Below are positions 1 to 13,730 of a stretch of DNA of 64,000 nt, piece after piece. This stretch comes from the human T2T-CHM13v2.0 reference genome, Homo sapiens. The first letter of the stretch is position 1. Each line of letters opens with the position of its first letter. The notes below the pieces were generated by a model. The model made no database searches. It was not told the DNA's origin and worked only from the letters and a program-made list of their open reading frames with translations. A program made the position numbers and the translations under genes. The stretch lies in assembly GCF_009914755.1 (NCBI RefSeq), contig NC_060939.1; one strand, 5' to 3'.

Positions 1-606
1 TGAAGACCTCTGACATGCCCTGGAGACATTTTCCCCATTGTTTTGGTGATTAACACTTGGCTCCTTGTTACTTATGCAAATTTCTGCCGCTGGCTTGAAT
101 TTTTCCTCAGAGAATGGGGTTTTCTTTCCTGTCTCATTGTCAGGCTGCAAATTTTCTGAATTTTTATGCTCTGTTTTCCTTTTAAAACTGAATGGTCTTA
201 ACAGCACCCAAGTCACCTCTTGATGCTTTGTTGCTTAGAAATTTCTTCTGCCAGGTACCCAAAATCATCTCCCTCAAGTTCAAAGTTTCACAAATCTCTA
301 GGGCAGGGGCAAAATTCTGCCAGTCTCTTTGCTAAAACATAGCAAGAATCACCTTTACTTCAGTTCCCAACAAGTTCCTCATCTCCATCTGAGACCACCT
401 CAGCCTGGATTTCATTGACCACATCATTATCAGCATTTTGGTCAAAGCCATTCAACAAGTCTCTAGGAAGTTCCAAACTTTCCCCCATTTTCCTGTCTTC
501 TTCTGAGCCCTCCAAACTGTTCCAACCTCTGCCTGTTACCCAGTTCCAAAGTCACTTCCACATTTTTGGGTATCTTTACAGCCCAACTCTACCGGTACCA
601 ATTTAC
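1..606 (-). mobile_element. THE1/MST-type MaLR internal sequence (runs off the window's left edge)
   Basis: Resembles recalled MaLR internal sequence and abuts the THE1 LTR at 607. Confidence 0.75.
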
Positions 607-977
607 TGTATTAGTTTGTTCTCGTGCTGCTAATAAAGACATACACGAAACTGCGTAATTTATAAAGGAAAGAGGTTTAATGAACTCACAGTTCTCTGTG
701 GCTGAGGAGGCCTCACAATCATGGTGGAAAGCAAAGAGGAACAAGTCATGTCTTACATGGTTGGCAGCAGGCAAAGAGAGAGAACTTGTGCAGGGAAACT
801 CCTCTTTATAAAACCATCAGATCTTGTGAGACTTATTCACTATCATGAGACTATCATGGGAAGGACCCGCCCACATGATTCAGTTACCTCCCACTGGATC
901 CCTCCCATGACACATGGGAATTGTGGGAGCTACAATTCAAGATGAGATTTGAGTAGGGACACAGCCAAACCATATCA
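607..977 (-). mobile_element. THE1-family MaLR LTR
   Basis: Ends in ACAGCCAAACCATATCA, the reverse complement of the THE1 start TGATATGGTTTGGCTGT; starts TGTATTAGT; ~370 bp. Confidence 0.85.
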
Positions 978-1852
978 AGATTATAGGAGGTTTTAACATT
1001 TTTTGGGTTTTTTAAAAATTTAAGTGATTTATGATTAACTCTAAGATTAAGCTATGTCAATCTGAGCCTTCATTTAGCCCTTAGGTTTCATGTGCCAATT
1101 TATGGATGAACTAGGTTGTACTTGCCTACAGTCTTAAAATGGCTATAATTTTGTTTCTTAATAATTTCTACTTTAGCTCCTGGGAGTTTTCTTTCTGGCT
1201 TTATGACTATGGTTGTTTCCTCTTACTCCAGCTGAGTACCAGGGACTGTGAGATCAATCATCTCTAGCCACTGACCTCTTCTGGGGCAGTCTATGAGTAC
1301 AGCTGGTGACCGCCAGGATCTGGCATCCAGGTGGGAGGAGAGGGAAGGGAGGATCAGGAGGCTGCCCACAGGAGAAGACATCTCAAGGTTGCAAATAGGA
1401 ATGATTCAAGCCAAGGAAGGGAATTTCTAGCTAATTCTGTATTAAAACAAGTCAGACTTTGCCTTATTGTCCCCCCATGTCTATGCCTGCAGTAACAGGA
1501 ATTCATGAGAATAAGAAAGGTAAAGAGGAAAAATACTGGCCTGAAAATAGATAATGGAAGCTCTGCTAGTGCCAGGGTCTGCTTTGCTGGGGTCAGCATT
1601 AAGTGTGAGTAAATGTATCTGAATAAAAGTGAACCATGAGTATGTGTCTAAAGCATTCCTGCAAGGTGCTTTCAAGTTGTTGGAAAAGGATAATCCTTAG
1701 TCAGGATTGTGGCAAAGCCTAAAATAATCTTTGACCACAAAGATAATCGTAGCATCCCATGTGCTCCTGCTCCTGCAGGTGCACACAGTCGGTGCAAAGG
1801 GAGTCTTCCCCTGCTGTGGATGGGCAGCTGACTGTGCCCCTTTGCTTTCCAG

Positions 1853-2023
1853 CTGTGTCGACTCTACAAGTTTATTGAACAGAAGGGAGATTTGCAAGAT
1901 CTTATGCCAACAATAAATTCATTAATAAAACAGAAAACAGGTATTGCACAGTTGGTGAAGTATGGCTTAAAAGACCTAGAGGAGGTTGTTGGACTGTTGA
2001 AGAAACTCGGCATCAAGTTACAG
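1853..2023 (+). CDS. EIF2AK4: GCN2 kinase coding exon (probably exon 28 of 39): LCRLYKFIEQ...KKLGIKLQ, HisRS-like region
   Basis: ttccag| acceptor, |gtttgg donor, 171 nt open frame matching recalled human GCN2. Confidence 0.97.
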
Positions 2024-2458
2024 GTTTGGCAACAGTTTGATACTGGCAGTACAAATGTGTAGCATTACTAATAGCACAGGGAGGAAATGTGTTTCATTTC
2101 ACTAATGCTAGTTAGTGTTTTATTTTTCCAGAAAAACTGCTTTCTGTGTTTTGGAGCATTTGATATTTAGTAATAATTTTGGCTTAAATCAGGATTTCTT
2201 TGCAAGTGCCACTGTTCCTATCATGAAGCAGTTCTTACTATGTTAGCCTCAGAGAGGTGGTTATTCTTAAAGAGAAGAGAATTTATTTTACTTGTCAGGC
2301 TATGGTTAAACAGACTTTGAGCTAGATCTTACTGAATATTTTGTTTATGCTAAATAGATTGTTCTGATGCTATTGATGGGAAACACCATTTTCAGCATTA
2401 TATTCCACATTCTAAATTTCAAACCCTTGACACATTTGTGTGGCATCTCTCTTTATAG

Positions 2459-2593
2459 GTCTTGATCAATTTGGGCTTGGTTTACAAGGTGCAGCAGCAC
2501 AATGGAATCATCTTCCAGTTTGTGGCTTTCATCAAACGAAGGCAAAGGGCTGTACCTGAAATCCTCGCAGCTGGAGGCAGATATGACCTGCTG
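2459..2593 (+). CDS. EIF2AK4: GCN2 coding exon VLINLGLVYK...AAGGRYDLL
   Basis: ttatag|...|gtgagg, 135 nt, contains the HisRS-like GGRYD motif. Confidence 0.98.
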
Positions 2594-2854
2594 GTGAGGG
2601 CTTGCCCTTTATTTATTTGCTCTGACTTAATTTTATTTCTTCTAAACTTGTTATTTTGAAATTTTCAAACTAACACCAAAAATTTGAACCAGTAATATCA
2701 TTGGATACTTCTATTAATATATGTTTCATCTAGGAATAGAAATATAATGTGAACCACATTTGTAGTTGTTTAAGCTTAAAACAATTATATTATTTTGCAA
2801 GATAGTTGCAAAGATAGTACTGAGAGGGCTCATGTACCCTTTACTCTGTTTCTT

Positions 2855-2878
2855 TATATATATATATATATATATATA
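2855..2878. repeat. (TA)n microsatellite at an Alu tail
   Basis: Directly visible. Confidence 0.9.
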
Positions 2879-2889
2879 CACATGTATGT

Positions 2890-3178
2890 ATTTTGGAGAC
2901 AGGGCCTTGCTCTGTCACCCAGGCTGGAGTGCAATGGCGCAATCTTGGCTCACAGCAGCCTCGACCTCCCTGGGCTCAAATGATTCTCTCACCTTAGCCT
3001 CCCGAGTAGCTGAGACTACAGGCATGCACCACCACACCCAGCTAATTTTTTGTATTTTCAGTAGAGACAGGGTTTTGCCATGTTGCCCAGGCTGGTCTCA
3101 AACTCCTGAGCTCAAGCAATCCACCCACCTCAGCCTCTCAGAGTGCTGGGATTATAGGTGTGAGCCACCACACCACCC
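2890..3178 (-). mobile_element. Alu (AluJ-like)
   Basis: Reverse-complement Alu dimer. Confidence 0.9.
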
Positions 3179-3955
3179 CTTGCATAAGTACAGTAAAATA
3201 TCAAAACCAGAAAATTGACATTTGTATAATGTATGTGCATCATTCTTCTCCATTTTATCACGTGTACTTTCCCTCAACAACCACCATAATCAAGGTACAG
3301 AACTATTCCATCACCACAGAGATTTATGGGTATCAACATCTTATCAATTCAAATGAAATGTAGAAACTTTATCTCCCTGTATGTCTCTTTACCTCATGCC
3401 CCATTTATAATATAATTGTCTTAAATATTTCTTCTAATACATTGAGATCCACATCAAACAGTGTTAAATTTTTTACTTTACTGTTAAATATAATTATAAA
3501 ACTCAAGGGGAGAAGAAGGTCTATTGTATTTACCCCAAATTTCTGGTTTGTGATGAGAAATTTGCTGTTATTTGAGTTACTTTTCCCCTATAGGAAAGTT
3601 ATTTCTGACTTGATGCTTTAAAGATTATTTTCTTTGTCTTTAGTTTCAAATTAAATCATGATGTGTCTTGGCATGAGTTTCTTTGGATTTATCCTGTTTA
3701 GGGTTTGCTTAGCTTCTTAAATCTATAGGTTTATGTCTTTTGCGAATTTGGAGGATTTTTTCAGGCATTCTTTGATTTTTTTTTTCAGTCTCACACTCTT
3801 TTTTCTCTCCTTCTATGACCCCAGTGACACAAATGTCCTTGAGGTTATGGGACATTTTTGTCCAGGCTGATCTCACACTCCTGGCTGCAAGCAATCCTCC
3901 TGCCTTGGCCTTTCAAAGCACTGGGATTGCGGGTGTGAGCCACCACACCTGACCT

Positions 3956-4223
3956 GTAATTTTAAATTATTTAGTAACATTAAGTAAAAGGAGACAAGTG
4001 GTATTAATTTTATAATATATCTTATTTAACTTAGTATATCCAAAATATTATTTCAACATGTACTCAAACTTCTAAAAATTATTAACAAGGATTTTACATT
4101 TTTTTCAAAGTCTTTGCAGCCAGTATGTGTTTTACATGTACAGCATGTGTCAATTTGGATTAGCCATATTTCAAATACTCAGTAGTCACTTGTGACTAGT
4201 GGCTGCCATATTGAACAGTGCAG
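3956..4223. mobile_element. MER33-like hAT-Charlie element, main part (first part at ~2735-2764)
   Basis: TGTAATTTTAAATT...GTGGCTGCCATATTGAACAGTGCAG resembles the recalled MER33 consensus. Confidence 0.65.
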
Positions 4224-4425
4224 AGTTAGATGAAACATTTGTTAATATTTTTTCTAAATTTGCATGTGTGCTTGCTTCTCTATTTTACTACACACACACA
4301 TTTCTTTTTGTTGAACTCTTTGATGATGAGCTGCTGACAGAGTGCTCACTCTTTAATCATTGTTTTCCCCGTAATCACAGTTTCTTTCCTATTTCATAAC
4401 CATAACTGTTTGTGTCTCTCCACAG

Positions 4426-4533
4426 ATTCCCCAGTTTAGAGGGCCACAAGCTCTGGGGCCAGTTCCCACTGCCATTGGGGTCAGCATAGCTATAGACAAG
4501 ATATCTGCTGCTGTCCTCAACATGGAGGAATCT
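4426..4533 (+). CDS. EIF2AK4: GCN2 coding exon IPQFRGPQ...VLNMEES
   Basis: ccacag|...|gtaagt, 108 nt in frame. Confidence 0.98.
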
Positions 4534-4751
4534 GTAAGTTCTGGCTTGGCTTCCCAGCATACTTCGAGGTGTCTTTCATTTCTAAAAGTATGATTTGCCT
4601 TTTGCAGTCATTTACATGGGGCTTCTGATGTGAAAGCTATAGACGTAGGGTTTTGAAACTTACCTTTAATATGATAGACAAGCCTAAGACTTGATGTCAA
4701 TCCCTGCATTTCAGTCCTTATCATCTGTTCTCTAGCTGGACGACCTTAGAC

Positions 4752-5098
4752 CAGGGGTCCCTAACCCCCAGGCAGTGGACTGGTACCCATCCAGGGCCTG
4801 TTACGAACCGGGCCGCACAGCAGGAGGTGAGCAGTGGGCAAGCAAGCATTACCACCTGAGCTCCACCTCCTGTCAGATCAGCGGTGGCATTAGATTCTAT
4901 AGGAGCATGAACCTTGTTGTGGACTGCACATGGAAGGGATCTAGACTGCACGCTCCTTAGGAGAATCTAACTAATGCCTGATGATCCGAGATGGAATAGT
5001 TTCATTCCAAAAGCATCCCCTCCCAACCCCCGCACCATCCATGAAAAATTTTCTTCCATGAAACCAGTCCCTGGTGCCAAAAAGGTTGAAGACTTCTG
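4752..5098. mobile_element. MER1B hAT-Charlie element with perfect 8-bp TSD
   Basis: CAGGGGTCCCTAACC start, MER1 body, CCTTAGAC duplicated at 4744-4751 and 5099-5106. Confidence 0.9.
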
Positions 5099-5210
5099 CC
5101 TTAGACAATTAATTCATCCTTCCCTAGACTCATTTTCCTTATCTGTAACGTACCATATAAATGTGAGATGTTATAGTTGTTAACAGGCTCTTAACAAAAC
5201 TTCTTGTTCA

Positions 5211-5531
<321 letters not shown>

Positions 5532-5695
5532 AATCCTGCTGTGGTCTACAAAGCTAGAAATAGCTTTTTTTCCCCCTTGTATTTCAGGCAAGATTAGTTT
5601 TCCTAGAGAAAAATGGTATTTTCCAGATGGCTCAGGGTAGTTGAAATAATTTCTGTCTTGAAAGACTAACATAACATTTTTTTTTTTTTTACTGT

Positions 5696-6030
5696 GGCCG
5701 AGCATGGTGGCTCATGCCTGTAATTCCAGCTATATCCCAATAAGGCCAAGGCAGGTGGATCACTTGAGGCCAGAAGTTCGAGACCAGCCTGGCCAACAAG
5801 CAGAACAACATCCCTACTAAAAAGACCAAATATATATATGTATATATATTTATTTATTTATTTATTTTAGCCGGGCATGGTGGTGCACGCCTGTAATCCA
5901 GCTACTCTGGAGGCTGAGGCAGGAGAATGGCTTAAACACAGGAGGCGGAGGTTACAGTGAGCGGAGATCGTGCCACTGTACTCCAGCCTGGGTGACAGAG
6001 TGAGACTCTGTCTCAGAAAAAAAAAGAAAA
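5696..6030 (+). mobile_element. Alu with TA/TTTA-expanded linker
   Basis: Alu dimer with A tail. Confidence 0.88.
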
Positions 6031-6224
6031 AGTTGTTTGAGTGTGTCTTTTTTTTTTTTTTTTACAATGTGTTTTGAAGCAAAGTCTTTGGCACGCTGTG
6101 TTTCTATGCAGGATTTCAAGAATGCCCATCTTCCCAAGAGTGCTGCCTCCCCTCCTGATGCTGGTTTCACTTCCATGCCTGCAGTCTTGCTCCTCTAACT
6201 GTAACCGTTCTGTTTCTGATCCAG

Positions 6225-6353
6225 GTTACAATAAGCTCTTGTGACCTCCTGGTTGTAAGTGTTGGTCAGATGTCTATGTCCAGGGCCATCAACCTAACCC
6301 AGAAACTCTGGACAGCAGGCATCACAGCAGAAATCATGTACGACTGGTCACAG
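6225..6353 (+). CDS. EIF2AK4: GCN2 coding exon VTISSCDLL...IMYDWSQ
   Basis: atccag|...|gtaatg, 129 nt. Confidence 0.98.
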
Positions 6354-6471
6354 GTAATGGGACAAAAAGCACCTGTGAGTGAAGTGCAAATTGCTATGGC
6401 TTTCATGGCAAATATCCTCTGCACCTATAGACTGTCAAACTCTGTTTATCTCTGTAATTCGAGTTGCCTCC

Positions 6472-6904
6472 TGTGTTAGTTTCTGATTGCTGCAGTAACC
6501 AATTACCACAAACTTACTGGCTTAAACACATATTTATTATCTTACATTTCTGGAAGTCAGAAATCCAAAAGCACTTTCACTGGGTTAAATTCAACAGGGC
6601 TGGCTCCTCTGGGAAGCTCTAGGGGAGAATCTGTGTCCTTCCCTTTTCTGGCTCCTAGAGGCCTCCTGCATTCCTTGGCTCATGGCCTCTTCCTCCATCA
6701 TCACACTCAGCAATGAAGCGCCTCCTTCCTTGCTGACCTGTGCTTCTGTTCTTACATCTGTCTCTAACTCTTGTCTGTCCAGCTCCCTCATACATGCACC
6801 CTGTGATTACGTGGGGCCCACCCAGATAATCCTGGTTGATCACTCACAGGTTCTAGGAATGAGGATATGGACATCTTTGCGGGGCTGTACTCCAGCCTGC
6901 CACA
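6472..6904. mobile_element. MLT1-family MaLR LTR
   Basis: TGTGTTAGTTTCTGATTGCTGCAGTAACCAATTACCACAAACTT...CCACA is typical of MLT1. Confidence 0.75.
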
Positions 6905-7503
6905 CTTCTGAAGGCACTCAGTGCTTAGTGTGTTTTGGGCTCTGTATCCTGAGACCTCCCACAGCATGCAGGCCTGACACTTGCCGTGGGTGTGGAGGTG
7001 TGGAAAGTGGCACCCAGGACACATGCCTGCCCTTTGGAATGGGGGCGTAAGCAGACCATAGAAGGGGTGCACTCCCAGGAGATCATCCAGGTTGTACCCA
7101 CATTCGCCCACACTAAAGGTGCCCCAGAGCATGGCGATGACCAGGGACACAGACCCACCACCCTCCCACCTGCTCTGTTTACATCACCTGCCAGGAGCCT
7201 TCTGAAGCTGCTGCTGTTTACTCGTGTGTGTGTGTTGTATCAAAATTCACATCAGAAGTGTGCTGAGCAACAATTTTTAATCATTTGACAGAACAGTGTC
7301 CTCTTCTACTTGTTCGCATGTTTCATAAATCATTAGAGAAGTGTTCTGTCCTGCAGTAAAATCCAAGCCTCGTGGCCAGTGACCTCAGTCCTGCACAGTG
7401 ACACCCCACAGGCTTCTCTGCCCCCTCCTGGTTTGCTTCTTCAGTTCTGCTTTTCACCTTCCCTTATTTCCTTTGTTTCCTTCATTTTCCTCAGAGGCTT
7501 TTT

Positions 7504-7507
<4 letters not shown>

Positions 7508-7557
<50 letters not shown>
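7508..7557. repeat. (GT)n microsatellite, about 25 units
   Basis: Directly visible. Confidence 0.97.
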
Positions 7558-7558
<1 letters not shown>

Positions 7559-7856
7559 GTGTTGTATAATTTTGGGCATCTTTTATTAAGTCTTGAAGCT
7601 TTTGAAAACCTCTTACTATTGATTGATTATTCATGGCCCTTTAAACAATCATGAAGGGAAGGAAGGCAAGAGAGGCCTTGTTCCTCCCTTGAATTCTATG
7701 CGGCTTCTTGCTTAATATTTATATCCCCCTGAAGTCAGCATTTTAGTAATTCACATTGAGAATATAATTGGAAACAGTATTTTCATTCTCCTTAATTACT
7801 TGAAGCTGTTCCAGGTGCTCTGTGTTTATTTTCTTTACTATGTTTGTTTGTTTCAG

Positions 7857-7943
7857 TCCCAAGAGGAATTACAAGAGTACTGCAGACATCATGAAATCAC
7901 CTATGTGGCCCTTGTCTCGGATAAAGAAGGAAGCCATGTCAAG
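7857..7943 (+). CDS. EIF2AK4: GCN2 coding exon SQEELQEY...KEGSHVK
   Basis: tttcag|...|gtaaag, 87 nt. Confidence 0.98.
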
Positions 7944-8080
7944 GTAAAGACGTCAGAGATTTTTTACAATTCAATAGTTAGGTGTTACCTGTGGAGCACC
8001 TGCCTTCACACTGAGGCCCGGGCCGTGTAGGTGACTGGAAATCCGTTCCCTCTACTCTCCCTTTCCATTGTTGGGTTTCT

Positions 8081-8381
<301 letters not shown>

Positions 8382-8689
8382 TGAAGAAAATGTGTATAAA
8401 ATAAGGAAGAGAGTCCACCTTCATTAAAGCTTTAAAAAGCAAAACAAACAAAAAAACTGGCTGTGGTTTTTTCCTACTTTTCTCCTCTTGTTCTCTTTTT
8501 CCAGCTAAGAAAATAAGAATAAGTAAAGTTGTATCTGCTGATAGGCATATCCTCTCATTGCTTTGTAACCAATTTTACTTTTTTGTATTCAACTAAAAGT
8601 GTTCATAAATATACCACCTCATAACCTTTATTTCTAATTATTTTTAAAGGGAAAAAAACTTTCTTAAAAATATTTTTCTCTTCTAATTT

Positions 8690-9205
8690 TTTTTTGGTTT
8701 CGATATCAGGGTAATGTTGGCCTGATGAAATGAGTTGGAGAGTGTTCTCTCCTCTTCTGTTTTCTGTAAGATACTGTATACAATTAGTATTAGAAGTCCA
8801 ATCTCAAATATTTCTATATATAGAGCTATTCTGGTTACCTCTTTCTTCTAGAGGCAGCTTTGGTAGTTTATATCTTTCCCGGAACTTTTCCATTTCGTCT
8901 GAGTTTTCAGATATTCCCCTGTTATTGTTTCACTGTCTCTAGGATCTGCAGTGATGCTCCCTCCTTCAGACCTGATATGGGTAATTTGTGTCCTCCCTCT
9001 TTTTTGTCTAATCAGCCTGGCTAGAGATTGATCAGTTTTGTCTTTCCAAGGACCAGCTTTTGGTGTCATTGATTTTTCTCAGTTTTTATTTGTTCATGTG
9101 TTTTCTATTTTATTCATCTCCACTCTTATCCATTACTATTTTCTTCCTTCTGCTTATTTTGGATTTAGTTTATTCTTTTTTTAGTTTCTTCAGGTAGAAC
9201 TTTAG
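8690..9205 (-). mobile_element. Old L1 (L1M) fragment
   Basis: T-rich; minus-strand translation (LARLIRQKRGRTQITHIRSEGGSITADP) resembles L1 ORF2. Confidence 0.7.
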
Positions 9206-9209
9206 ATGA

Positions 9210-9396
9210 GGTATTGACAAACTACACCTTGGACCAAATTCAGCCCATAGCCTGCTTTTATATGTCTGTGAACTAGAAATTTTTACATTCTTTGTTAAAA
9301 AACAACAACAAACAAAGGAGAGTGTGTGACTCCAACTATGTATGGCCCTCAAAGCTTAAAACATTTCCTATCTGGCCCTTTACAGAAAAAAATTTG
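9210..9396. mobile_element. MER58-like hAT element
   Basis: ...ATCTGGCCCTTTACAGAAAAA end motif. Confidence 0.65.
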
Positions 9397-9555
9397 AAGC
9401 TTTGTTATTATACATGTTTAGGATTTTATATCTTCTTGATGAATTGTCTTCATCATTATAAAATATTCCTTATCCCTGGTAATATTTCTTGTTCTGAAAT
9501 CTTTTGGTTAGTGTTTACGTCACTACCTTTCTCCATCCTTTTATTTTTAACCTGT

Positions 9556-10262
9556 CTTTTTTTTTTAAGAGATGGGGGTCTCATCATGTTGCCCAGGCTG
9601 GCCTTGAACGCCTGGGCTCAAGCAATCTTCTCACCTCAGCCTCCAGCTGGGATACAGGCGTGTGCCACTGCACCTGGCTAACTTATCTATCTTTATATTT
9701 AAAGTGAGTTTCTTATACACAGTCACTAGGTTGAGTTTTCCTTTTTTTTTTTTTTTTTTTTTTTGAGATGGATTCTTGCTCTGTCACGCAGGCTGGAGTG
9801 CAGTGGTGCAATCTCCACTTGCTGCAACCTCCACCTCCCAAGTTCTCCTACCTCAGCCTCCTGAGTAGCTGGGTTTATAGGCACACACCACCACACCCAG
9901 CTAATTTTTGTATTTTTAGTAGAGACAGGGTTTCACCATGTTGGTCAGGCTGGTCTCGAGCTCCTGACCTCATGATCCACCCACCTCGGCTCCCCAAAGT
10001 GCTGGGATTAGAGGCGTGAGCCACTGCGCCCAGCCTCCTTTTTTTTTTTTTTACTCTGAGAATCCTGGCTTTTTTTTGTTTTTTTTTTTGAGACAGGGTC
10101 TCACTCACCTATGTTGGAGTGCAGTGGCGCGATCTCAGCTTACTGGAACCTGTCTCCCAGGATCAAGTGATCCTCCCACCTCAGCCTCCCGAGTAGCTGG
10201 GACTACAGGCACACACCACCATGACTGGCTAATTTTTGTATTTTTAGTAGAGACGAGGTCTC
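9556..10262 (-). mobile_element. Cluster of reverse Alus (monomer ~9556-9680, full Alu ~9742-10034, truncated Alu ~10070-10262)
   Basis: Alu sequence with T tails. Confidence 0.88.
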
Positions 10263-11028
10263 TACTAAATGCCAAATGCCATGAGATTTGCTAAATGCCA
10301 TGAGAGTCCTACAGATAAAGTTCTCCAAGGGTCCCTCAGGCTGGGAGATTTACATAAGAGGCAGCAGTGAAGTCTTCAGGAAGGTGCTGGGATTTATCCT
10401 ACCCTCAAGAATTCGTGGTCCTGGAAGGGCCTTTTAGGAAGAGGGAACTGCAAAGGTGATGGTAGTTCTTTTAGTAGTTGTCCCAAAGATAGAGGCAGGC
10501 CAGCAGAGAACCATTCTGGTACAACCCTGAATAGTCTATTTTGGGTGAGACAGATGGATCAGAAGCAGAAAATGGTTATAGCTACATCATGGAGAGCCCA
10601 AATGCCAACCAAGGAATCTGGTTTTTTTATTTAGCAGTTATTGGGGAGGCCCCGAATGTTTTGAACAGAAGGAGACATCAAAGTTGTGTTTGAGAAAAAT
10701 TAATCTGCAGGGATGTGTAGCATGGAATAGAGTGAGGGAGAAACCGAGGACAGTGATAGCAGTATAAAGAATATCAAACTAGCCTAGGCCAAGGTTGGGT
10801 GCTGGCCAGGGGAGTGAAGATGAAGGGACAGATGCCATAAAAGTGGGATGACAGGACTTGGGTTTAGAAAGGAGAGGGAGGAGTGGTAGATGAAGCTGAG
10901 ATCTGAGAAACCTTGGTGGCTGACCAGATGTAAAGGGGAAGATGTTAAAGAATCACATGAAATGAGAGCCCATTCATCTTGGCCTTAAAAAAAAAAAATT
11001 CTATCATCTGTGATAAACTAGTCCAGAC

Positions 11029-11217
11029 CAGGGTTTCTCAACAGCAGCGCTGTTCACATTTTGGGCCAAATAATTCTCTGTTGTAGGGGGCTGTCCTGTG
11101 CATTAACAGCATCTCTGACCGCTACCTACTACATGCCAGTTGCACCATCCAAAAATGTCACCAGACATTGCTAAATGTCCCCTGGGGAGCAAAATTGACC
11201 CTGGTTAAGAACCACTG
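11029..11217. mobile_element. MER20 hAT element
   Basis: CAGGGTTTCTCAAC...GGTTAAGAACCACTG terminal inverted repeats. Confidence 0.8.
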
Positions 11218-11315
11218 ACCCAAACTATTGATTTAGTAGTCTTACTGTGGTGCTCTGAGCTAGTCTTCTGGGTTCAGAAACCTCCAAATGATAGATCCGT
11301 TTCATTCTTTTTAAG

Positions 11316-11428
11316 GTTAAGTCTTTCGAGAAGGAAAGGCAGACAGAGAAGCGTGTGCTGGAGACTGAACTTGTGGACCATGTACTGCAGAAACTGAGGA
11401 CTAAAGTCACTGATGAAAGGAATGGCAG
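11316..11428 (+). CDS. EIF2AK4: GCN2 coding exon VKSFEKER...TDERNG(R)
   Basis: tttaag|...|gtaact, 113 nt. Confidence 0.97.
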
Positions 11429-11511
11429 GTAACTTAGGAAACAAAAGCCGAGAAAAGTGACTTCAGTTACCTATATGGAAACTACGTAAATTTATTTTAA
11501 AAGTCAATTTG

Positions 11512-11814
11512 AGCCAGGTGCTGTGGCTCACACCTGTAATCCCAGCACTTTGGGAGGCCAAGTTTGGGGAATCACTTGAGGCCAGGAATGCAAGACCAGC
11601 CTGGGCAACATACCAAGACCCCATTTCTAAAAAAAAAATTTTTTTGATTAGCTGGGCATGGTGGTGCATTCCTATGGTCCCAGCTACTCAGGAGCTGAGG
11701 TGGGAGGATTGCTTGAGCCCAGGAGGTCAAGGCTGCAGTGAGCCATGTTCATACCACTGCACTCCAGCCTGGGTGAAGAGAAAGACCCTGTCTAAGAAAA
11801 ACAAAAAGAAAGAA
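11512..11814 (+). mobile_element. Alu (AluJ-like)
   Basis: Alu dimer with A-rich tail. Confidence 0.9.
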
Positions 11815-12272
11815 ATCAATTTGATCCTTTTGAGAAACAAAGATAGGTCAGGATTACTTTTAATGAACCATTCTGTTGCTTCTGAATAACTCAATCAGGA
11901 GTTTAATTGTATGACCATCTTGTATGAGACTAATCATAGCTTACATTCAACATTTGTTCTTCATACCATTTCCAAGAATACTTTATCATTTTGAAAAGCC
12001 TCAGGAGCCAAAATCTATCTGTCATTATCTTATTCAGTCTGCTAATCAGTGAATTTCAATAATATTTTGTCCGTGTACTTTGAAAGATGTAACGTTCTGG
12101 GAAAAGATCTCACTTCCTCATGATGGGAGTATCAACCATATGGGTAGGAATTTGACAAAGTAAATTAAAAGCCTTAAAACTAAACATTTTTTTTAAATTG
12201 ACCCAGCAATTCCACTTTCAGGAATTTATAATAAAAATTATTTTAAAGATGTCTATCAAGGCTCATTTATAA

Positions 12273-12795
12273 CAGCAGTTCTCAAACTTTTTGGTCTTAG
12301 AACCCCTTTACACCCTTAAAAATTATTTCAGGATCCCAAAGAACTTTTGTTTATGTGAGTTATATCTATAAATATTAAAACATAAACATTTTAAATATGT
12401 TTATTCATTTAAAAATAACAATAACCCCATTACATGCTAACGTAACATATTTCTATTGAAAAACAACTGTTTTCCAAAAGAAAATTAACTTAGTAAGGAA
12501 AATGGCATTGTTTAAAATATTTGCACATCTTTTAGTACACTGTTTTACATTTTTGTAATCTATTTTAACACTTTAGTAGAAGAAATGATTCTCCTGTCTG
12601 TTTATGTATTCAATCTGTTGTGATACCACAAATCATATAGTCTCTGGAAAACTCGGTTGCACATTTATGAGAGGATGAGAGTGAAAAGGCAATTAATATT
12701 TTAAGATTATTATGAAAATAGTTTTGACCTTGCAAGACCCCTTGAAAGGATATGAGGGACCTTCAAGATTCTCTAGACCACACTTGGAGAACCTC
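12273..12795. mobile_element. hAT-Charlie non-autonomous element (MER119-like)
   Basis: CAGCAGTTCTCAAACTTTTTGGTC...CACACTTGGAGAACC inverted ends. Confidence 0.55.
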
Positions 12796-12947
12796 ATTTC
12801 AAAATATACATTGGTAGAAGATTGTTTGAATTATGATAATTTGGTGAAATATTGTGCAGCCTTTAAAAATGATGATTCTACTAAAGCTGAGTTCATTGAC
12901 ATGGAAAGATGTCCATAAATAGGATGTTTAATATAATCCCATTTTGT

Positions 12948-13390
<443 letters not shown>

Positions 13391-13418
13391 TTAAGCTTTT
13401 CTATATATTTGCAACTCC

Positions 13419-13668
13419 TTTTTTTTTTTTTTGAGATAGAGTCTCACTTTTGCCGAGGCTGAAGTGCAGTGGTGTATACATGACTCACTATAGCCTTAAC
13501 CTCCCAGGCTCAGGTGATCCTTCCTTCTTGGCCTCCTGAGTAGCTGGGACCGTAGTCATGTACCACCTTGTCCAGCTAATTTTTTTAAATTATTTGTAGA
13601 GACAGGATCTCCCTATGTTGCCCAGGCTGGTCTCCAACTCCTGGACTCAAGCAACTCTCCCGCCTCAA
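13419..13668 (-). mobile_element. Alu (AluJ-like)
   Basis: Reverse Alu with T tail. Confidence 0.88.
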
Positions 13669-13730
13669 GAAATTCTTATATGTATGCTCATTATCAGAAA
13701 ATACCACACGGTAATTTTTCTGGCTTACAT

